From the human T2T-CHM13v2.0 reference genome, Homo sapiens: DNA of 64,000 bases. The stretch lies in NCBI RefSeq assembly GCF_009914755.1, contig NC_060945.1. The stretch is one strand, 5' to 3'. A model generated the notes under the pieces. It was not told where the DNA came from, ran no database searches, and saw only the letters and a program-made list of their open reading frames with translations. A program made the translations under genes and the position numbers. Below are positions 59,421 to 64,000 of the stretch, in pieces. The number at the start of each line of letters is the position of its first letter. Position 1 is the first letter of the stretch.

Positions 59421-60317
59421 TTCTCAGAAAGAGAAAGCAAAGTTATGGATAAATAATCATTAATTCCAATATCTATATTGACGGGAGTGCTAGAGCACCA
59501 CAAGAAGAAACTTGAACACAGAAAAATAAGGAAGCAAAAATCCAGCAGAGATTATACTCTGAGGGACTTGATGTTCCATGGAAAAGCATAGGTGGGGGTG
59601 TCTTTTGCTCCTCTCACCCCTGTGGCAGACTGCTTGTTTCTGAACTGTTGGAGAGCCCTCCATTCTCACAAGCCCAAGCACTGGTGTGGGCTGCAATCTT
59701 GGAACAACTTGAGGACAGAGAACAAGGCTACTATTTCCTGCAGTGCCACTTGCCCTTCACCCAGCCCCAAGATGAGGTGGTGGGCACCATACTAGATATG
59801 CCTCTGTGGTGGACCTCTATACTGCCTTTGAGTGAGAGAGAGGCTTGCCCCATCCCGTTGACAGCTTCCTTCTCCATCCCTGCGTCGAGCTATGGCTAGA
59901 TTTCTCCATGAGGGCAGAGGGCGAGAGGCGTGAGAAGCATCTTCTGGAAGGTCTGCGGGCACCCTCCTGCGGGTGGACAATAAGCGCCTGGGAGGCTGTT
60001 GTCCTTGGTTGGGGAGCGGTCGTCTGGATCTAGCCTAGCAAAGAGGCTGCTCCGGATGGGGAGGGAATGAAAGCCCCTGCGGCTCCCACGCAGATGCCCA
60101 CGTTGCCCAGGCCTTCACAGACCCCCAAACCGGAACCGCCGGGAAAACGATTGCCAACCGGCCACAACACCCAGGCAGGGACGCGGGGAGAGGCTGACCA
60201 GAAGAAAGGCCGACGTGCAAGAAACCCAGCCTCCGGCGCACAGGGAACATGTGTCCCAAGGCGCACGCACACACAGACGGACAGAGACAGAAAGAGAGGG
60301 CGACGGAAAGAGCGAGA

Positions 60318-60320
<3 letters not shown>

Positions 60321-60360
<40 letters not shown>

Positions 60361-60440
60361 AGAGAGAGACAGTAGTGGGCACACAGACACGCACGTGCGC
60401 GCGCGCGCACACACACAGACACACAGACGCGCACACACAC
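60321..60440. repeat. (GA)18 followed by (CA/CG)n alternating tract
   Basis: gagaga... then acacgcacgtgcgcgcgcgcgcacacacac. Confidence 0.95.
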
Positions 60441-60599
60441 CCCCATAACGCACACAGATATACAGCAGGTAACACCCACCCCCAGGCAGCCCCTGAAGCT
60501 GCCGGGTTCTGCTCTCCGCGACTACGAGCCACCGGTGAGACAGCAGCCCACGGGCACACAGCGAGACCTGTCCTCGACATCACAAGGCCGCCACTTTTG

Positions 60600-61150
60600 G
60601 GGAGACTCACCCGCACACCGTCCGCGCACGCCTGAGGCTGGGATCCCGCGCTGCCTCCCCGGCGATCTGTCTGAGGTTTCTTCCTCCTGGGGTTTCTTCC
60701 TGCTGGTGGACCCTCCGCGAATCCCGGCCTCCGGAGACCGTCCCGGTAACTACCCTGGCCGGGGCTGGTCTCAGCCCCGACTCTGACGCACGATCACACA
60801 GGGCTCCCACTTCGCCAAGTCTCAGGGACCCATCCCTTGGCAACGGTGGCGGTCACTGTGACCGAAGCGGCGGCTCGGGCCTCGCGCATGCGCGCTGGCG
60901 AGGCCGACTCACCCGCCCCACCCCCCCTTACTCGGCAGTCAGGCTGCGGACCCTTTAAAAAATGGCGGCGACGCCGCGGCTGCGGGGACTGGGGTGGCGG
61001 TGCTGGAGCTTGCGGCGGCGGCTGTGGTGCAGCCCCAGGCGGTGGGTGGGAAGAGGACTACCAGAGGGGCCTGCGGGAGACCCAGGGTCGGACCCATAGG
61101 AGTCCTGTCGTCAGGACCTCCTTAATCGGTCTTCTGCTTGGGTTCCCGGT
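60600..61150. promoter_or_regulatory. CpG-island promoter-like core
   Basis: NRF1 palindrome CGCGCATGCGCG 60883-94, GC box CCCGCCCC 60912-19, YY1 AAAATGGCGGC 60959-69, dense CpG. Confidence 0.6.
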
Positions 61151-61759
61151 GAAGGAGGAGCTTCGGGGTGCCGGCTGGGCTGCGCGGACTCCTCTTGGGA
61201 TCCGATGATGGATCCCACCCGGTGATCGGGAATGGGGTTACAATGCAGTGAGGCGGAAAGGCGCTCGCCAGGGCGCAGAAAGATTCCCCAGGGCCGCAAG
61301 GCGTGCTGTCGGCTGCAAAGGCACTGACCCACGAGCCCACTGCCTCCCTCCTTCCTGGGTGGAGCAGGGGCCTGCCTTCATCTCCAAGGCCCGGGGGCTC
61401 CGGCATCTCGACGCGGCTTCCGGCGACACGGGCAAAGAGAGACAGAGGGTAGTCCGAGCCGGAGCCAGTGTGACCACACGTGGCCCTGATGTCCCCCAAG
61501 AGCACATGCAGTGAGCCCGTGTCTCTGAGGCCGTAGTGGGCGACGACGAGACGGACAGTGATGTCCAGGCCTGCGCCCGGGGGCCACTGGAGACCTGCCC
61601 CTCAAAGCGGAGGAAACGCCAAGCGCACCTGAAAACCTGCGAGACAGGGCCTGTGCGCGAGTCCAGTACTCCTACTTCGCCAAGTCTCAGGGACCCAACC
61701 CCCAGCAACGGTGGCGGCACAGAGAGGCGCACGGCGCCGGCGCAGGTTCAGAGAGATAG

Positions 61760-64000
61760 GAGGCTGATGGGGGGGAAGTTGAGGCACCTGGGGCAGAGAA
61801 GAAAATGCATCGCCAAGCGGTTTCTGGGTCATACACGGACGAAAATGTCTTCCCATCAGCCCTTGCGCTGGTCCCCAGGGACCCTGGCATCCGTCGTTGG
61901 CGCCCAGGGTTCGCGTCGGGCCACTAGGGGTACCCCAACTCGGACAGAAGGCCCATGAGTTGAATTTGAAGTTTGTGGGAATAGAGGTGAGGCACCAGGG
62001 GCAGAAAAAAAAACAGGAGACCTCGCCTCAGACAAGCGGGGCCTGGGTCCCCCATGGATGAAAGTGCCTTCCCATTATGCTGTACGCTGGGCAGAGTGGA
62101 CAGTGACGACCTTAGTTCGAGCCCAGGGTGCGCTTCGGGACCGCTTGCGGTACCAGAAAGCGAACAAATGGTCCATGAGCGGAAGGTGGGCACCTGAGGC
62201 AGAGAAAGTAAAGAAACGCGCTGCCGAGAAGCAGTGCCTGGGTCCCTCACGGAGGAAATTGTCTTCTCGTCAGCCCGTTCGCTGGGCACTGACATCCCTG
62301 GCGTCTCTGGTTTGATCCCAGGGTACGCCTCGGGCCACTAGTGTTACCCCAAGGTGGGCAGAAAGCCCATAAGGGGAAGGTGAGGCACCTGGGGCAGAGA
62401 AAAAAAAAACTTCGCCGCAGAGAAGCGCGGCCTGATTCCCCACGGACGAAAGTGTCTTCTCATCAGTCCCTGCACTGGGACCTGGGGACCCTGGTGTCCC
62501 TGGTTCGAGCTCAGTGTGTGCCTCAGCCGCTAAGTGCACCCCAAGGGGAGCTTTGGGAGCACAAAGCCCATGAGGGAAGGTGAGTTTTGAGGGAGGAGTG
62601 GTGAGGCACCTGTCACAGAAAAAGAAAAAAAAAACAATACGCGCCACGGAGAAGCAGGGCCTGGGTCCCCCACGATGAAAATGCCTTCCCATCAGCTCCT
62701 GCTCTGGGCCCTGTGGACCCTGGAGACCCTGGTTCGAGCCACGGGTGGCCTCGGGCCCGCTAGGAGTACCCCCCGTGCGCCTCTCTGCGCCTGCGCAGGC
62801 GCCGTGTGCCTTTGCGAGGGCGGAGCTGCCTTCTCCTCAGCACAGACCCGGAGAGCATTGCCAGGGCGGAGGTGAGTTCTCCTCTGCACAGACTTCGGAG
62901 ATACAGCAAAGTGGATCATGTGCTCCTCAGCACAGACCCGGGCGGGCGGGCCAGGGGCACCGCGAGGGCGGAGCTGCGTTCTGCTCAGCACACACCCGGG
63001 GGACACCGCGAAGGCAGAGCAGCGTTCTCAGCACAGACCTTGGGGGCACTGCCTCGCTTTGGGACTACTCAGAGCCGCATCGATGGTGAATAAAATCCTT
63101 CCTGTTTGCAGCCCTGAATAATCAGGGTCAGAGACCAGTTAGAAGGGTTCAGTGTGGAAAACGGGAAAGCAAAAGCCCCTCTGAATCCTACCCACCGAGG
63201 TTCTCCCCAGCCAAGGCGAGGCGGCCGCAGTGCGAGATCCACACCGCAGCCTCGGAAGACAAGCGAGCAGAAATCCCATGAGGGGCAGTTGAGGTTTGAG
63301 GAAGGCGAGGTGAGGCACCTGTAGCAGAAAAAAAAAAAACCGCACCACGGAGAAGCAGAGCCTGGGTCCCCAACTGACAAAAGTGTCTTCCCATTAGCCC
63401 TTGCGCTGGGCCCAGGTGTCCCTGGCATTCCTGGTTCGAGACCAGGGTGCGCTTCAGGCCGCTAGGGGTACCCAAAAGCGGGCAGAAGGCCCATGAGGTG
63501 AAGGTGATGCACCTGGGGCAGAGAAAAAAAAAAAACAACCGCGCCGCGTATAAGCGGGGCCTGGCTCCCCCACAGAAGAAACTGTCCTCACATCAGCGCT
63601 TGCGCTGCACCCCAGGGACCCTGGTATCCCTGGCTCGAGCCCAGCGTGCGCCTCGGCCTGCTAGGGGTACCCCAAGGCAGACAGAAGGCCCATGAGGGAA
63701 AGGTGAAACACCTGGGGCAGAGAAAAAAATAAAAAAACTGCGCCGCCCAGAAGTGGGGCCTGGGTCCCCCACAGACGAACGTCCCTACCCATCAGCCCTG
63801 AACTGGGCCCCGGAGACCCTAGCGTCCCTGGCTCGAAACCAGGGTGCGCTTTGGACCCGCTAGTGGTACCTCAAGGCGGGCAGAAAGCCCATGAGGGGAA
63901 GGTGAGGCACCTGGGGAAAAGCGAAAAAAACAAAAACAAAAACAAAAACGTCGCAGAGAAGCAGAGCCTGGGTCCCCGAGGAAGAAAGTGTCTTCGCATC
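61760..64000 (+). repeat. gamma-satellite II (GSATII) tandem array, continuing past the window end
   Basis: GC-rich monomers with the anchor gaggcacctg(g)ggcagagaaaa at about 61781, 61989, 62187, 62382, 62603, 63312, 63506, 63705 and 63904; period about 195-220 bp. Confidence 0.85.
62775..63235 (+). repeat. interstitial TAR1 (telomere-associated repeat: 29-bp and 37-bp units plus distal flank)
   Basis: gcgcctctctgcgcctgcgc, repeated gagggcggagctg..ttctcctcagcacagaccc, then ggtgaataaaatc...aaacgggaaagcaaaagcccctctgaatcct. Confidence 0.9.

Larger units (their letters stand above)
60067..61490 (+). pseudogene. FAM27-family-like non-coding/disrupted locus within the SST1-like unit
   Basis: translations across frames (..QQPTGTQRDLSS.., ..LLGRLT.., ..WGFFLLVDP.., ..PPSFLGGAGACLHLQGPGAPAS..) resemble putative FAM27D/E and FAM27A-C peptides as I remember them; frames are broken; paralog not assignable. 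Confidence 0.5.
59790..61717. repeat. SST1 (MER22/NBL2)-like GC-rich macrosatellite unit
   Basis: ggcaccctcctgcgggtggacaat...gtctggatctagcctagcaaagaggctgctccggatggg plus internal (GA)n/(CA)n tracts, matching SST1 from memory; boundaries approximate. Confidence 0.7.

Noticed and set aside
61718-63260. Telomere-telomere fusion site like 2q13
   Set aside because: No TTAGGG or CCCTAA arrays, and the inverted TAR1 piece is only about 38 bp.
63380-63460. tRNA gene
   Set aside because: Only a T-arm-like hairpin; no A-box/D-arm, anticodon arm or acceptor stem could be built.
60030-63695. Many 60-190 aa ORFs on both strands
   Set aside because: GC-rich satellite and microsatellite DNA lacks stop codons; the products are low-complexity and overlap in all frames.

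Overview
This is human (or great-ape) genomic DNA, not prokaryotic, and I find no credible protein-coding gene in it. Bases 1 to about 59.5 kb are very AT-rich, gene-desert-like sequence filled with ordinary primate and mammalian repeats: Alu J/S/Y, L1PA/L1M, L2, MIR, MER77, MER57, MER4, MER34, MLT1, THE1A, Tigger1, MER6A and MER58A. At about 59.5-59.8 kb the sequence switches abruptly to a GC/CpG-rich block. That block comprises an SST1 (MER22/NBL2)-like unit with FAM27-like sequence and a CpG-island promoter signature (NRF1, GC box, YY1), then a gamma-satellite II (GSATII) array interrupted by an interstitial subtelomeric TAR1 segment. This layout fits a pericentromeric or acrocentric segmental duplication; I cannot assign the chromosome. 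The listed ORFs are repeat-derived or chance. Repeat family names come from remembered consensus sequences, not from a search. I see no clearly new biological system. The best leads are: a tRNA T-arm/B-box motif recurring in the GSATII monomers; the clean TAR1 insertion that ends where a telomere array would start; a possible minus-strand spliced lncRNA from the CpG island; and several local duplications.
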